Positions 46,775 through 55,917 of a stretch of 64,000 nucleotides of DNA are shown here, in pieces (the first letter of the stretch is position 1; every line of letters starts with the position of its first letter). The DNA lies in NCBI GenBank assembly GCA_003281085.1, contig QCCZ01000001.1, forward strand, positions 27,493 to 91,492. The letters are read 5' to 3'. Source of the DNA: OCS155 cluster bacterium AG-349-E07. Its GTDB lineage: Bacteria > Actinomycetota > Acidimicrobiia > Actinomarinales > Actinomarinaceae. A model generated the notes under the pieces. It was given only the letters and a program-made list of their open reading frames with translations, made no database searches and was not told the DNA's origin. Made by a program: the position numbers and the translations under genes.

Positions 46775-47380
46775 ATGAATATTCATAAAACAGCAGTTTT
46801 AGATAAGTCGGTTTATTTAGGAAAAAATGTTGAGATTGGTGCATTTTCTCAAATACTAGGCAATGTACAAATAGGCGATAATGTAAAAATAAAAAGTAAC
46901 TGTGTTATCGGAGCTGAGGCTGACCAGCCTAGGGTCGATAGGTTAGGTGGCCAAAATGGAAGTATTGTCATTCAAGATGGTTGTGTTATAAAAGATTCAG
47001 TCATTATTTCTAAACCAACTCTAACTGAAGTTACAAAAATTGGTTCGAACTCTTACCTAATGAGTGGTGCATACATAGCTCATGATTCTATTCTGGGCAA
47101 GAATGTAATAATTTCTCATGGTGCAAGACTATCAGGATATACAACTGTTGATGACTTTTCGAATATAGGGGCTAACGCAACAACACATCAAAAAACGACT
47201 ATCGGAATGTGTGTTATGGTTGGCGCAAATTCATTTGTCAAGGGTGAGCTTAATTCTGGTTTAATTTATGTAGAAAAAAATAAAATTCTTGGTATTAATA
47301 AAATCGGGATCGAAAATGCTAAGTTGTCTGACAAAGAAAAACAAAGAATTATTGACATAGCAAATAAATATATTAATTAA
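46775..47380 (+). CDS. Left-handed beta-helix (hexapeptide-repeat) acyltransferase, LpxA-like
   Basis: Repeated [LIV]-G-x4 hexads (VYLGKNVEIGAFSQILGNVQIGDNVKIKSNCVIG) and an HDS motif, as in the LpxA/acetyltransferase family. Confidence 0.7.
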   Translation: MNIHKTAVLDKSVYLGKNVEIGAFSQILGNVQIGDNVKIKSNCVIGAEADQPRVDRLGGQNGSIVIQDGCVIKDSVIISKPTLTEVTKIGSNSYLMSGAYIAHDSILGKNVIISHGARLSGYTTVDDFSNIGANATTHQKTTIGMCVMVGANSFVKGELNSGLIYVEKNKILGINKIGIENAKLSDKEKQRIIDIANKYIN

Positions 47381-47421
47381 TCCTTTTTATTACTCTACTT
47401 ATATTAAAATCTAGAAATATT

Positions 47422-47496
47422 GGGGGCGTGGTGAAGTCTGGAGTTCACGCCTGCCTGTCACGCAGGAGGTCGCGGGTTCGAATCCCGTCGTCCCCG
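47422..47496 (+). tRNA. tRNA-Asp (anticodon GTC)
   Basis: Acceptor GGGGGCG/CGTCCCC, anticodon stem CCTGC/GCAGG with loop CTGTCAC, T-arm GCGGG-TTCGAAT-CCCGT. Confidence 0.9.
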
Positions 47497-47502
47497 CTAC
47501 TT

Positions 47503-47578
47503 GGCCAGATAGCTCAGTCGGTAGAGCACTTGTCTGAAAAACAAGGGGTCGGCAGTTCGATTCTGCCTCTGGCCACCA
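47503..47578 (+). tRNA. tRNA-Phe (anticodon GAA), CCA encoded
   Basis: Acceptor GGCCAGA/TCTGGCC, anticodon stem CTTGT/ACAAG with loop CTGAAAA, T-arm GGCAG-TTCGATT-CTGCC, 3' ACCA. Lies 6 nt after tRNA-Asp. Confidence 0.9.
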
Positions 47579-47659
47579 AATGCTGCAAAAGGTTTCTAGT
47601 AGATTTCTTTAAAATCAGAATGGTCACAGAAACTGTCTCATAAAACTAAAATAACCAAT

Positions 47660-48523
47660 ATGAAAAAGGTATTAGTCCTTTTACTTCTTTTTGTGGTTAC
47701 TTGTGGTGGCTCTAATAAAGAAAATGTAGCTAAAGATACTACAGTAAATGAAGTTAAAAAAATAACAACTACAATTAAAGATCCAGTAAGTATTGATGGC
47801 CTTACGGTGTTGTATGCAGGACATAGCTTTGGCATCCCTTTTGCTCAAAATCTTACAAACCTTGCAGAGTTTTCTGGTATAGAAGACCATAATCAGCGAA
47901 TAGTGTTTCGAGGAGGAGAAAATGGATCACCACAAGCAATGTGGGAAAATCCAACTGTTAAAAGTGAAATTAAAAAAAATTTAGATGATGGAAATGTTGA
48001 TGTTGTTATCTTAATATGTTGTTCTGAAGAATTGATTGAAAGTCGAGGACAAAGTGATCAAGCAATAGTAGAAATAATAGAGTTTGCACTTAGTAAAAAT
48101 ACGGAAACAAGATTTGGTCTTGCTATGCCATGGATCGACTTTCCAGGTAATTATAAAGATGTCAACGATCATAGATCCCTTACGGATATGGGGTATTTAG
48201 CATATAAAGAATTTGCAAAAAGTCTCTCAAAACAATTCAATGGCTTAGATATATTTACTTTTTATCATGGTGCGGCTGTTTACGAATTACGAAAAATGTT
48301 TGAAAATGGAAAATTACAAGATGTAAAAAGGTTAATAGGACCAAAAAAAAGTTCACTTTTTACTGATGAAAAAGGACATACTGGTGATATTGCAAATGAT
48401 ACTGGTTCTTTAATTTGGCTAAAAGCAATATATGACATAAACCCGATGGACATTCCAAAGATAGAAAAATATGAAACAGATATTAGAGAAATTGCATCAA
48501 GGGTCTTAAGGTTTTACAGGTAA
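47660..48523 (+). CDS. Lipoprotein, possible SGNH/GDSL-like hydrolase
   Basis: Signal peptide with lipobox LFVVTCGG. YAGHSFG occupies the block-I position of SGNH-like folds. The functional assignment is weak. Confidence 0.5.
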   Translation: MKKVLVLLLLFVVTCGGSNKENVAKDTTVNEVKKITTTIKDPVSIDGLTVLYAGHSFGIPFAQNLTNLAEFSGIEDHNQRIVFRGGENGSPQAMWENPTVKSEIKKNLDDGNVDVVILICCSEELIESRGQSDQAIVEIIEFALSKNTETRFGLAMPWIDFPGNYKDVNDHRSLTDMGYLAYKEFAKSLSKQFNGLDIFTFYHGAAVYELRKMFENGKLQDVKRLIGPKKSSLFTDEKGHTGDIANDTGSLIWLKAIYDINPMDIPKIEKYETDIREIASRVLRFYR

Positions 48524-48543
48524 ATAATTGATTAATAGTTATT

Positions 48544-50223
48544 TTAGTTTTGTATTTTTCTCTTAATTGAGACAAATAATATTAAAATTAATGACACAAC
48601 TGTAAGATATAAAGCAAAATTGTTGTATCTAGGAGTTCTATCTTCTATGTAAACATTACTGTTTACATAATATCCTCCATTTACATAGTTTAAACATTCT
48701 GCGTAACCATTTACAGTAACGGTATAACCTGAATTATCGATCAAGTTTAATGGAGTAAAAAAGTCATCACTTTTAAATATTAAATACCCGTCTGGATGCT
48801 CTTCCGGTTGTGTAAAAATTTCATAGTATCCACATGCAGCAACTTCTCTATTTAAACAATTTGTATTCGTATCTAGAACATTATCAAAATAAAGTGATGA
48901 TATGTTACAACCAACTGTTGTTGGTAGTTTATCAGTTAGGTTATTTGAAAAATCGTTATTATAGTCTTTTGGAAATCCATAGGTAAAAAGAAATATACTC
49001 AACATTAAAATAACTAGTATTAAATTATTTAAATATCTTTTATCTGAAAAATATCTTATTAAGAGAAGCGTAAACGAAATGGCAATTAAATAAAAATAGT
49101 AATGGGTTTTGACTGTATCACCTTTTTCAGGATTAAAATGAAGCCCAAAAACACCTAAAGATGTTAAAGCTAAAACTAAAATTCCAATCAGATAAACTCT
49201 TAGATATTTTTTAAATTCTTTCTCTCTTGAATATGTGATTGATGATATTAAAAAAATTATTGAAAGCAATACCGAAAAATTTCTTCGTGGGTGAGGTAAA
49301 AATTCAAACAATTCAGATCTATTTTGAATGAATAAACTCCTGCTATGGTCCCAGTATCTGTTAAAGTAATCTCCAAATAAATCAATTAAAGTTATACCAA
49401 TTAACGAGTTAGCATGTTGATTCCTAAATGGATTTTCTATTAAATCAGAAAAATTTATATTATATAGAAAACTTATTGGCGCAGAAAATAAATATTGATC
49501 TAATTCTTCATGGTTTATTAAACTTACTGAATTTATTTCCAAATTTTCAAAATACAAAAGACTTGAGAGTGTAAAAAAAACTATCATTGGGGCAAGCAAA
49601 TCTTTAATTTTAATATATTTAAATTTTTCATAAAATAGGTATAAAAGAGTTATAAACAAAATAAAAGCTATAGTTCCTTTACTAGTCACTAAAACTGAAA
49701 GTAAAGGAGCAGCTAATAATAAACTAAAGCTACTTCTTTTATCAAAATAATTATCTAAGCACAAAATTATCCACGGAAGAAGACAAAAAACCAAAATTTC
49801 TGGTTTCATGATTAACCTCCCCCCGTAAATTGGTGGAAAAAAATTTAGCACTGTAAATGATAAAAATATGTTTTCTGTATGAATTTTTTTAGAAACAAGC
49901 CATATGTAAAAACCAAATAAGCCAACGATGTATAGAATAAAATTTCCTAATTGTATTGCCGAACTATAAATAAACTCCCATTTTTCCGGCACGAAAAAGT
50001 TGTGTGAATATTCTATGAAATTTGAAATAAACCAAAAATATAAAAGTCCTTGTTCTCTTGAAGTAGACTCAATTGATCCATTGAAGTATTCGATATATCT
50101 AAAATATCTGTAAAAATCTGTTCCATCAATTGAGTTATAAAATATTTCGCCTAAAAAATATGATGAAAAAAGTGAAATTAAAAATAAAAAAAAAGAAGAT
50201 GTTTTTATCATATTAATTTGCAT
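48544..50223 (-). CDS. Large polytopic membrane protein (GT-C-like, unassigned)
   Basis: 559 aa with many TM helices, a Cys-containing extracytoplasmic C-terminal region and a terminal TM helix. 1-nt overlap with the upstream methyltransferase. Confidence 0.5.
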   Translation of the reverse strand: MQINMIKTSSFFLFLISLFSSYFLGEIFYNSIDGTDFYRYFRYIEYFNGSIESTSREQGLLYFWFISNFIEYSHNFFVPEKWEFIYSSAIQLGNFILYIVGLFGFYIWLVSKKIHTENIFLSFTVLNFFPPIYGGRLIMKPEILVFCLLPWIILCLDNYFDKRSSFSLLLAAPLLSVLVTSKGTIAFILFITLLYLFYEKFKYIKIKDLLAPMIVFFTLSSLLYFENLEINSVSLINHEELDQYLFSAPISFLYNINFSDLIENPFRNQHANSLIGITLIDLFGDYFNRYWDHSRSLFIQNRSELFEFLPHPRRNFSVLLSIIFLISSITYSREKEFKKYLRVYLIGILVLALTSLGVFGLHFNPEKGDTVKTHYYFYLIAISFTLLLIRYFSDKRYLNNLILVILMLSIFLFTYGFPKDYNNDFSNNLTDKLPTTVGCNISSLYFDNVLDTNTNCLNREVAACGYYEIFTQPEEHPDGYLIFKSDDFFTPLNLIDNSGYTVTVNGYAECLNYVNGGYYVNSNVYIEDRTPRYNNFALYLTVVSLILILFVSIKRKIQN

Positions 50224-50768
50224 TATTTCTTACACTCAATATTTAAACTTATCAGTGTTCCATTCTTTTTGTCCATATGAGGATAATAAGCCTGTGAATA
50301 GTCATCATATTCAGGATTATTTTTAAAAACTTCTCTCCAGTCCCAATAATTAATGTCTGAAAATCCTAAATTTTCTAATAATTTTGTCAAACTTTTACTG
50401 TCATATATAGTCTTATGATATATATATTGATCTTTCCCAACCTTCCATTTTCCGTATATAGGACCCAATATTTTTTCAATATTTTTTGTTGTTTGATAAA
50501 CGGAAATTAAAGCCTCAAGGTTTGGAACTGCGAGTCTTAAAATCCCATTTTTCTTTAATACTCTTCTCCACTCCTTTAAGACAGCTCTCACTTCATCTTG
50601 ATCAAAATACTCTAGAACATGTGATGCATAGATTTCATCGACGCTATCACTTTTTATTGAAGTTAACTTGTCTACCGAAGTCTTTACATCAATGTGGTCG
50701 TGACTAGAAATATCAACATGTATATAACCTTTTAAATATCTGTTGCCAGATCCAAGATGGAGCTTCAT
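50223..50768 (-). CDS. Class I SAM-dependent methyltransferase
   Basis: KLHLGSGNRYLKGYIHVD (motif I-like), DEIYASHVLEYF and LKKNGILRLAVPN resemble the Methyltransf_11 type. Confidence 0.75.
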   Translation of the reverse strand: MKLHLGSGNRYLKGYIHVDISSHDHIDVKTSVDKLTSIKSDSVDEIYASHVLEYFDQDEVRAVLKEWRRVLKKNGILRLAVPNLEALISVYQTTKNIEKILGPIYGKWKVGKDQYIYHKTIYDSKSLTKLLENLGFSDINYWDWREVFKNNPEYDDYSQAYYPHMDKKNGTLISLNIECKK

Positions 50769-51451
50769 ATTTTTAATCTTAATTTAAACATACCAATTAG
50801 AATTTTAAATCCATCAAAAAAAGCATTCACTTTTGTAACTCCTGCATATCTCTCTCTTTCTAAACTAAGAATTTCTTTATACTTAAAATCATTTGCATGA
50901 ACTACCGCAGGCAACTCTAAACATAGTGTAAAATCTTGTGAACTTAAATTAATTTTTTCTAGAATTTCTTTTCGAAATAATGGGTAAAAAAATAAAGCAT
51001 CAGAAATTTTGCATTTAAATAATACTTGAACTAACAAGGTAAACAATTTATTTCCAACTGCTCTAATAAAGGTATCGTCTGGACTTTTTGCACCACCTTT
51101 ATATCTTGAAGAAAATATTACATCATAGTTTTCAATTAATGATTTCATTTCTAATATTGCCGTAGGGTTGTAGGACCCATCTCCATCCATATAAGTTATA
51201 AATTTTGATTTTGATTTTGAAAACCCCTGCATGACAGCACTTCCCCAACCTTTATCATTTTGTTTTATAAAAATAGCTCCATACTCTTTAGCTACTAATT
51301 CTGTATTATCAGTTGAATTTCCATCAACAACTATAATTTCTCCAAAGTTATAATCTTTAATTTCATTCAGAACAAAGGGTAATGATTCTTCCTCATTGTA
51401 AGTAGCAATTATTAAGGAAACATCTTCTAAAGAAGTATTTAAATTATTCAT
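50765..51451 (-). CDS. GT2 glycosyltransferase (polyprenol-phosphate sugar transferase-like)
   Basis: VSLIIATYNEEESL, VVDGNSTDNT and YMDGDGSY (DxD) are classic GT2/DPM1-like blocks. Confidence 0.85.
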   Translation of the reverse strand: MNNLNTSLEDVSLIIATYNEEESLPFVLNEIKDYNFGEIIVVDGNSTDNTELVAKEYGAIFIKQNDKGWGSAVMQGFSKSKSKFITYMDGDGSYNPTAILEMKSLIENYDVIFSSRYKGGAKSPDDTFIRAVGNKLFTLLVQVLFKCKISDALFFYPLFRKEILEKINLSSQDFTLCLELPAVVHANDFKYKEILSLERERYAGVTKVNAFFDGFKILIGMFKLRLKI

Positions 51452-51466
51452 TTGATAAAGACAACC

Positions 51467-52546
51467 TCAAGCACTTAAAAAGTTATTAACTTCATCAGAA
51501 ATATATTTAATTTCTTCATAAGACAAATTAGTCGATGATGGCAACCAAAGAATATTATTTGAGATATTTTCCGAAATACCTAAATAAGTTTTGTCTGATT
51601 TTGATAAGTATGATTGACTACTTAAGGAAGGATAAGAATATCTTGTTTCAATATTTTTTGAAGTTAGGTACATATTTAATTTTTCTCTTTGTTTTTCGTT
51701 ATCGCAAAATAAATCGACAAACCATGGGGTTTCATAATCTTCAAATGGTTTTAAATATTTAATATCTATAAATTTTGAATATTCTTGATAAAGGTTTCGT
51801 TTTAATTCCACAAAATCAAATAATTTATTAAATTGTGATAAACCAAGTGATGCCTGCAGATCTGTAATTTTAAAATTTAGTCCAAAACCTTTGTGAACAT
51901 CACTTTTATCTTTTTCTCTGTTAAAAGTTTTTAAATCTATAATATTTGCGTAAACATCATCATCATCTAATAAAATCATTCCTCCTTGACCCATAGTGAT
52001 TATTTTATGTGGAGTAAATGAAAAAATGCTTATTTCACCCAATGAGCCACATTTCTGATTTATATAAGACGACCCTAATGCATGAGCTGAATCTTCAATT
52101 AATAATATGTTTTTATTTTTACAGTAGTCTTGTATTTCTAACCCAGCTCCAGTTCTTCCATTTAAGGGGACAAAAATTACTGCATCTACGTCAGGAGCTT
52201 GCTCTAGAGAATCTTTAGACAAGCACAAACTATCATCAATATCAATAATTACTGGTGATGCGCCAGCCCAAATTATTGCATTAATTGTAGCTATCATAGT
52301 AATGTTTGGAACTGCAACTTTGTAACCTTCTTTTATCCCTGACGCGAGAAGAGAAAGATAAATAGCTATTGTCCCATTTGGTACTGCTACAGCATATTTA
52401 CGATTTACATATTCAGCAACATTCTGTTCTAGTTTCTCAGTAACCTTATGTTCTGTTATCCACGAACCCGAAGCCAGATACTCTGAAACATTTTGAATAT
52501 CTTCACTTGATATATTAGGCTCTACCTGATTAATCATTTCTGACAT
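51467..52546 (-). CDS. DegT/DnrJ/EryC1/StrS family PLP-dependent sugar aminotransferase
   Basis: The FSFTPHKIITMGQGGM block contains the Schiff-base Lys, and EDSAHALGS lies upstream. 359 aa. Confidence 0.9.
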   Translation of the reverse strand: MSEMINQVEPNISSEDIQNVSEYLASGSWITEHKVTEKLEQNVAEYVNRKYAVAVPNGTIAIYLSLLASGIKEGYKVAVPNITMIATINAIIWAGASPVIIDIDDSLCLSKDSLEQAPDVDAVIFVPLNGRTGAGLEIQDYCKNKNILLIEDSAHALGSSYINQKCGSLGEISIFSFTPHKIITMGQGGMILLDDDDVYANIIDLKTFNREKDKSDVHKGFGLNFKITDLQASLGLSQFNKLFDFVELKRNLYQEYSKFIDIKYLKPFEDYETPWFVDLFCDNEKQREKLNMYLTSKNIETRYSYPSLSSQSYLSKSDKTYLGISENISNNILWLPSSTNLSYEEIKYISDEVNNFLSA

Positions 52547-52955
52547 TTATTCTTGTTCTGTCTTTTTCAGGACCAAAATAGGGGCCATTTTTGATTTCTA
52601 GCACTTTGCTGTCTTTTTTGATTTCATATTCATGAACACCTTGATATTGAATGATTAATTGACCCTTATTAATTTCTTCACTAGTTATAAACTCTCCTTC
52701 AGTTGTATACAAGTTACAAACTATACTTCCCTCAATAACTAATACTACTTCTTGGGTTAGGTACGATTTTCTTTCAAATGTATTATGGTAATGCGCATCT
52801 AAAATTTTTCCTTTTTTATAATTCCATGTTCCCACTTGTAAAAATGAATCATCACTTGTAAAAAAATCTAGTCCCTCGTTTGTATTTTTTAGGTCAAACA
52901 CACTTGAGTAGAGTATGTCTTTAAAAATTATATTTTTAATATTTTGATTAACCAT
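52530..52955 (-). CDS. WxcM/FdtA-like cupin (sugar keto-isomerase-like)
   Basis: Cupin block GKILDAHYHNTFERKSYLTQEVVLVIEGS. The ORF track extends to 52997, but the ATG at 52955 overlaps the fcl stop by 8 nt (ATGGTTAA). Confidence 0.6.
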   Translation of the reverse strand: MVNQNIKNIIFKDILYSSVFDLKNTNEGLDFFTSDDSFLQVGTWNYKKGKILDAHYHNTFERKSYLTQEVVLVIEGSIVCNLYTTEGEFITSEEINKGQLIIQYQGVHEYEIKKDSKVLEIKNGPYFGPEKDRTRINVRND

Positions 52956-53868
52956 AGTTATTAATATACCAATCCACAGTAGTTTGAATTCCATCATATA
53001 AATTTGTTTTTGGTTTCCAACCCAGTTTTGTTTCGCCTAAATACCCATCAACTTTCTTTTCGTATACCCCGTCTGGTTTTGAGATGTCTAATTCAAAGTC
53101 ACCATTCCATCCTATTTTTTCTTTTATAATTTTTGCAAGTTCAATAATTGAAATACCTTTTTTAACTCCAACGTTAAAAAAATGGTGACCTGATCCTAAA
53201 TTTATGCATTTAATTAATGCTTCAGCACCGTCTTCAACATAAAGCCATTCTCGAATTGGCTTACCAGTTCCCCAAATTTGAACTTTGTTTAAATTGTTTT
53301 TCTTTGCATCATATACTTTCTTTATAATTGCCCCTAATGCATGTGATCTTTCAATATCAAAATGATCGTGTGGTCCGTACATGTTTGAAACTACAACATT
53401 TACAGATGAGAAATTATTTTCTTCATAAAAACTTTTTCCAAGCTGTACATAGAGTCTTTTAGATATTCCGTAATTGTAAACAGACTCATCAGGTGGTCCG
53501 TCAAAAAAATATTCTTCTTTGTATGTTGATAAATTACCTGGATACGCACAATTTGAGATAGGATTAATTAATTTCTTAATTTTATGTTTTGTTGATGCTT
53601 TATATAAATTAATTGCCATAGAAGAATTTTCATATAACATTTTGGCAGGATATTTATAACCGTAAGATATTCCACCTACAAAAGCTGCACAGTTAATCAA
53701 AATATCAGGTCTTGACTCCGATAAAAACTCATTTAAAGAGTCATATTGAGTTATATCAACATGATTCTTGCCAGTTATCTCAAGAACAACATGGTTGTTT
53801 TGTTTTTCAAGAAGAGTTTTTACATGCTTGCCTAAAAAACCATGAGATCCTATTACTAAAACTTTCAT
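52948..53868 (-). CDS. fcl: GDP-L-fucose synthase (GDP-4-keto-6-deoxymannose 3,5-epimerase/4-reductase)
   Basis: Short-chain epimerase fold with GSHGFLGKHV, NCAAFVGGI, NMYGPHDHFD, SHALGAIIKK and IWGTGKPIREWLYVEDGAEA. Sits directly downstream of gmd. Confidence 0.8.
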   Translation of the reverse strand: MKVLVIGSHGFLGKHVKTLLEKQNNHVVLEITGKNHVDITQYDSLNEFLSESRPDILINCAAFVGGISYGYKYPAKMLYENSSMAINLYKASTKHKIKKLINPISNCAYPGNLSTYKEEYFFDGPPDESVYNYGISKRLYVQLGKSFYEENNFSSVNVVVSNMYGPHDHFDIERSHALGAIIKKVYDAKKNNLNKVQIWGTGKPIREWLYVEDGAEALIKCINLGSGHHFFNVGVKKGISIIELAKIIKEKIGWNGDFELDISKPDGVYEKKVDGYLGETKLGWKPKTNLYDGIQTTVDWYINNYG

Positions 53869-53873
53869 GATAT

Positions 53874-54905
53874 TTATACTTTAGGATATTCCCATGTTGG
53901 GGAGATTAAATTATCTTTTAATAATGCTAAATCTTTTTTTGCTTCGTTAATATCATGATCAACCATTATTTGAACTAATCCTTTAAAATCTACAGAGGGT
54001 TCCCAGCTTAATTGCTTCCTTGCTTTTGAAGAATCTCCCAGCAAATAATCAACTTCATTTGGTCTAAAATATTTTTCTGATGAGATTACATAATCTTCCC
54101 AATTTAGGTTTACATAGCTAAAGGCCTGCTCAGCAAACTCTCGGACTGTTTTGGTTACTCCAGTTGCTAATACCCAGTCTTCGGGTTGTTCATGTTGCAT
54201 CATTAGCCACATTCCTCTGACATAATCTTTAGCAAAGCCCCAATCTCTACTCGCATCTAAATTTCCAAGTGTCAGTTTTGATTGAATGCCGGCAGATATA
54301 CGTCCAACAGCTTTTGTTATTTTTCTAGTCACAAAGGTTTCTCCCCTTAAAGGAGACTCATGGTTAAACAAGATTCCATTTACACCAAATAAATTATATG
54401 AATCTCTATAAATCTTTGTGATCTCATGGGCAAATACTTTTGAAGCACCATAAGGACTTTTTGAATCAAAAACTGAATTTTCATTTAACAACTCGACAGA
54501 TGAGCCACCAAACATTTCAGATGAAGATGCTTGGTAAAATTTTATAGATTTTTTTGAATGTTTAATTGCTTCTAAAATTGTTATAGACCCTAGAGTGCCA
54601 ATTTGTGTTGTAAAGATAGGATTTTGAAATGATACTGATACATGAGATTGAGCAGCTAAATTGTAGACTTCATCAGGTTCAATATTATTGATTAAGTTTG
54701 TTATTGAGGAAGAATCTAACAAATCAGAATAATGAAGAGATAGTTTTTGGCTTTGTGAATATTTAGAAATTAAATTATCAATCCTATTGGTATTAAATGA
54801 AGAAGATCTTCTAACTGTTCCATGTACTTGATAACCTTTTTCTAATAAAAATTCTGCTAGATAGGCGCCATCTTGCCCAGTTATTCCAGTAATCAAAGCT
54901 TTCAT
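53874..54905 (-). CDS. gmd: GDP-mannose 4,6-dehydratase
   Basis: MKALITGITGQDGAYLAEFLLEKGYQVHG..RRSSSFNTNRI, YGASK and NHESPLRGETFVTRKIT are highly characteristic. Confidence 0.95.
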   Translation of the reverse strand: MKALITGITGQDGAYLAEFLLEKGYQVHGTVRRSSSFNTNRIDNLISKYSQSQKLSLHYSDLLDSSSITNLINNIEPDEVYNLAAQSHVSVSFQNPIFTTQIGTLGSITILEAIKHSKKSIKFYQASSSEMFGGSSVELLNENSVFDSKSPYGASKVFAHEITKIYRDSYNLFGVNGILFNHESPLRGETFVTRKITKAVGRISAGIQSKLTLGNLDASRDWGFAKDYVRGMWLMMQHEQPEDWVLATGVTKTVREFAEQAFSYVNLNWEDYVISSEKYFRPNEVDYLLGDSSKARKQLSWEPSVDFKGLVQIMVDHDINEAKKDLALLKDNLISPTWEYPKV

Positions 54906-54988
54906 TTATATAAATATTGTACTTTGATAATTGACATTGTTCTCACATTTAATCTTAATTACTAAATCAATTATTTTTTAGGTGATCG

Positions 54989-55129
54989 TCAATATATATC
55001 TTCCAAAAAGTTATTCCTAAAACTATGTTGAAGCATAAAAATTACAAGACTAAGAAAACTTAAAATACTCAACAGTAAAAAATCTGAAACCTTAACTAAT
55101 TTAATTGACTCTAATTTAAATATTTTCAT
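54989..55129 (-). CDS. Candidate 46-aa small membrane protein coupled to the formyltransferase-like gene
   Basis: The ATG at 55129 overlaps the upstream TGA (ATGA). Product is MKIFKLESIKLVKVSDFLLLSILSFLSLVIFMLQHSFRNNFLEDIY. It is below the ORF-track cut-off and could be chance. Confidence 0.2.
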   Translation of the reverse strand: MKIFKLESIKLVKVSDFLLLSILSFLSLVIFMLQHSFRNNFLEDIY

Positions 55130-55917
55130 ATGGCCTTAATTAGACTCTTAAACGTAAAGAGCTTATATTTTTTTTGTTTAAAGTCTTTAATATCTTTCTT
55201 GTTAGGAAGGTTCCTGATAATTGGTTCAACATTCTCATACTCCTTTTCTGGATCAAAATATTTATCTACACTAGAAAGAAATTCAAAAAGTAATTTACCT
55301 GCCAAAATAGAGGTCTCGTGGTAAAGAGACATCATACTTTTGTTGTAATCAATCTCAATTTTATCTTCTAATAATACGCTTCCTGAATCTAGTTGTTTTG
55401 AGGCAATTTGTATTGATACAAATGAAAATTCCTCATTATTAAGCATCATCCAAAACTGGTTAAACAAACCACCATATTCCGGCAATTTTGCAAGGTGAAC
55501 ATTAATAGAAAGTTCTTTAGATGAATTTAAAACTTTTTCAGGTATATATTGATTTGTTAACAAAACAAGAATGTCAATTTTATCTTCTTTGACTTTTGTC
55601 GAAAGTTTCTCATAATTTAAATCAAATAAATGATGTTCAACATTATTTTCAATTACGTAATGCCTTATTGATTTTCTTGATATAAATCTAAAAAACTTAA
55701 TAAATAGAGTATCCAAAATTTTGTAAAAAATGTATTGATAATTTGTTTCCTTAATGATTCTCTTTAATAACTTATTATTAGATTTTTTTGTTGGAGAATA
55801 AACAGGCAAGAAATAAACAATCAAATCATTATTGTTTAAATTTTTTAGTGATTTAAAGATTAAATTTTTAGTTGGAAGAAACTCTGACACAATGAAACCA
55901 ATTTTTCTATTCGTCAT
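55126..55917 (-). CDS. Formyltransferase-family protein (sugar N-formyltransferase candidate)
   Basis: INVHLAKLPEYGGLFNQFWMMLNNEEFSFVSI parallels the iNiHpSLLPkyRGxxPixwAi block of formyl transferases, and a DSG follows. Confidence 0.6.
   Translation of the reverse strand: MTNRKIGFIVSEFLPTKNLIFKSLKNLNNNDLIVYFLPVYSPTKKSNNKLLKRIIKETNYQYIFYKILDTLFIKFFRFISRKSIRHYVIENNVEHHLFDLNYEKLSTKVKEDKIDILVLLTNQYIPEKVLNSSKELSINVHLAKLPEYGGLFNQFWMMLNNEEFSFVSIQIASKQLDSGSVLLEDKIEIDYNKSMMSLYHETSILAGKLLFEFLSSVDKYFDPEKEYENVEPIIRNLPNKKDIKDFKQKKYKLFTFKSLIKAI

Noticed and set aside
47428-47643. 71-aa plus-strand ORF
   Set aside because: It is composed almost entirely of the tRNA-Asp and tRNA-Phe genes read as codons. 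The overlapping minus-strand ORFs at 47638..47835 and 47681..47890 are likewise antisense to the lipoprotein gene.
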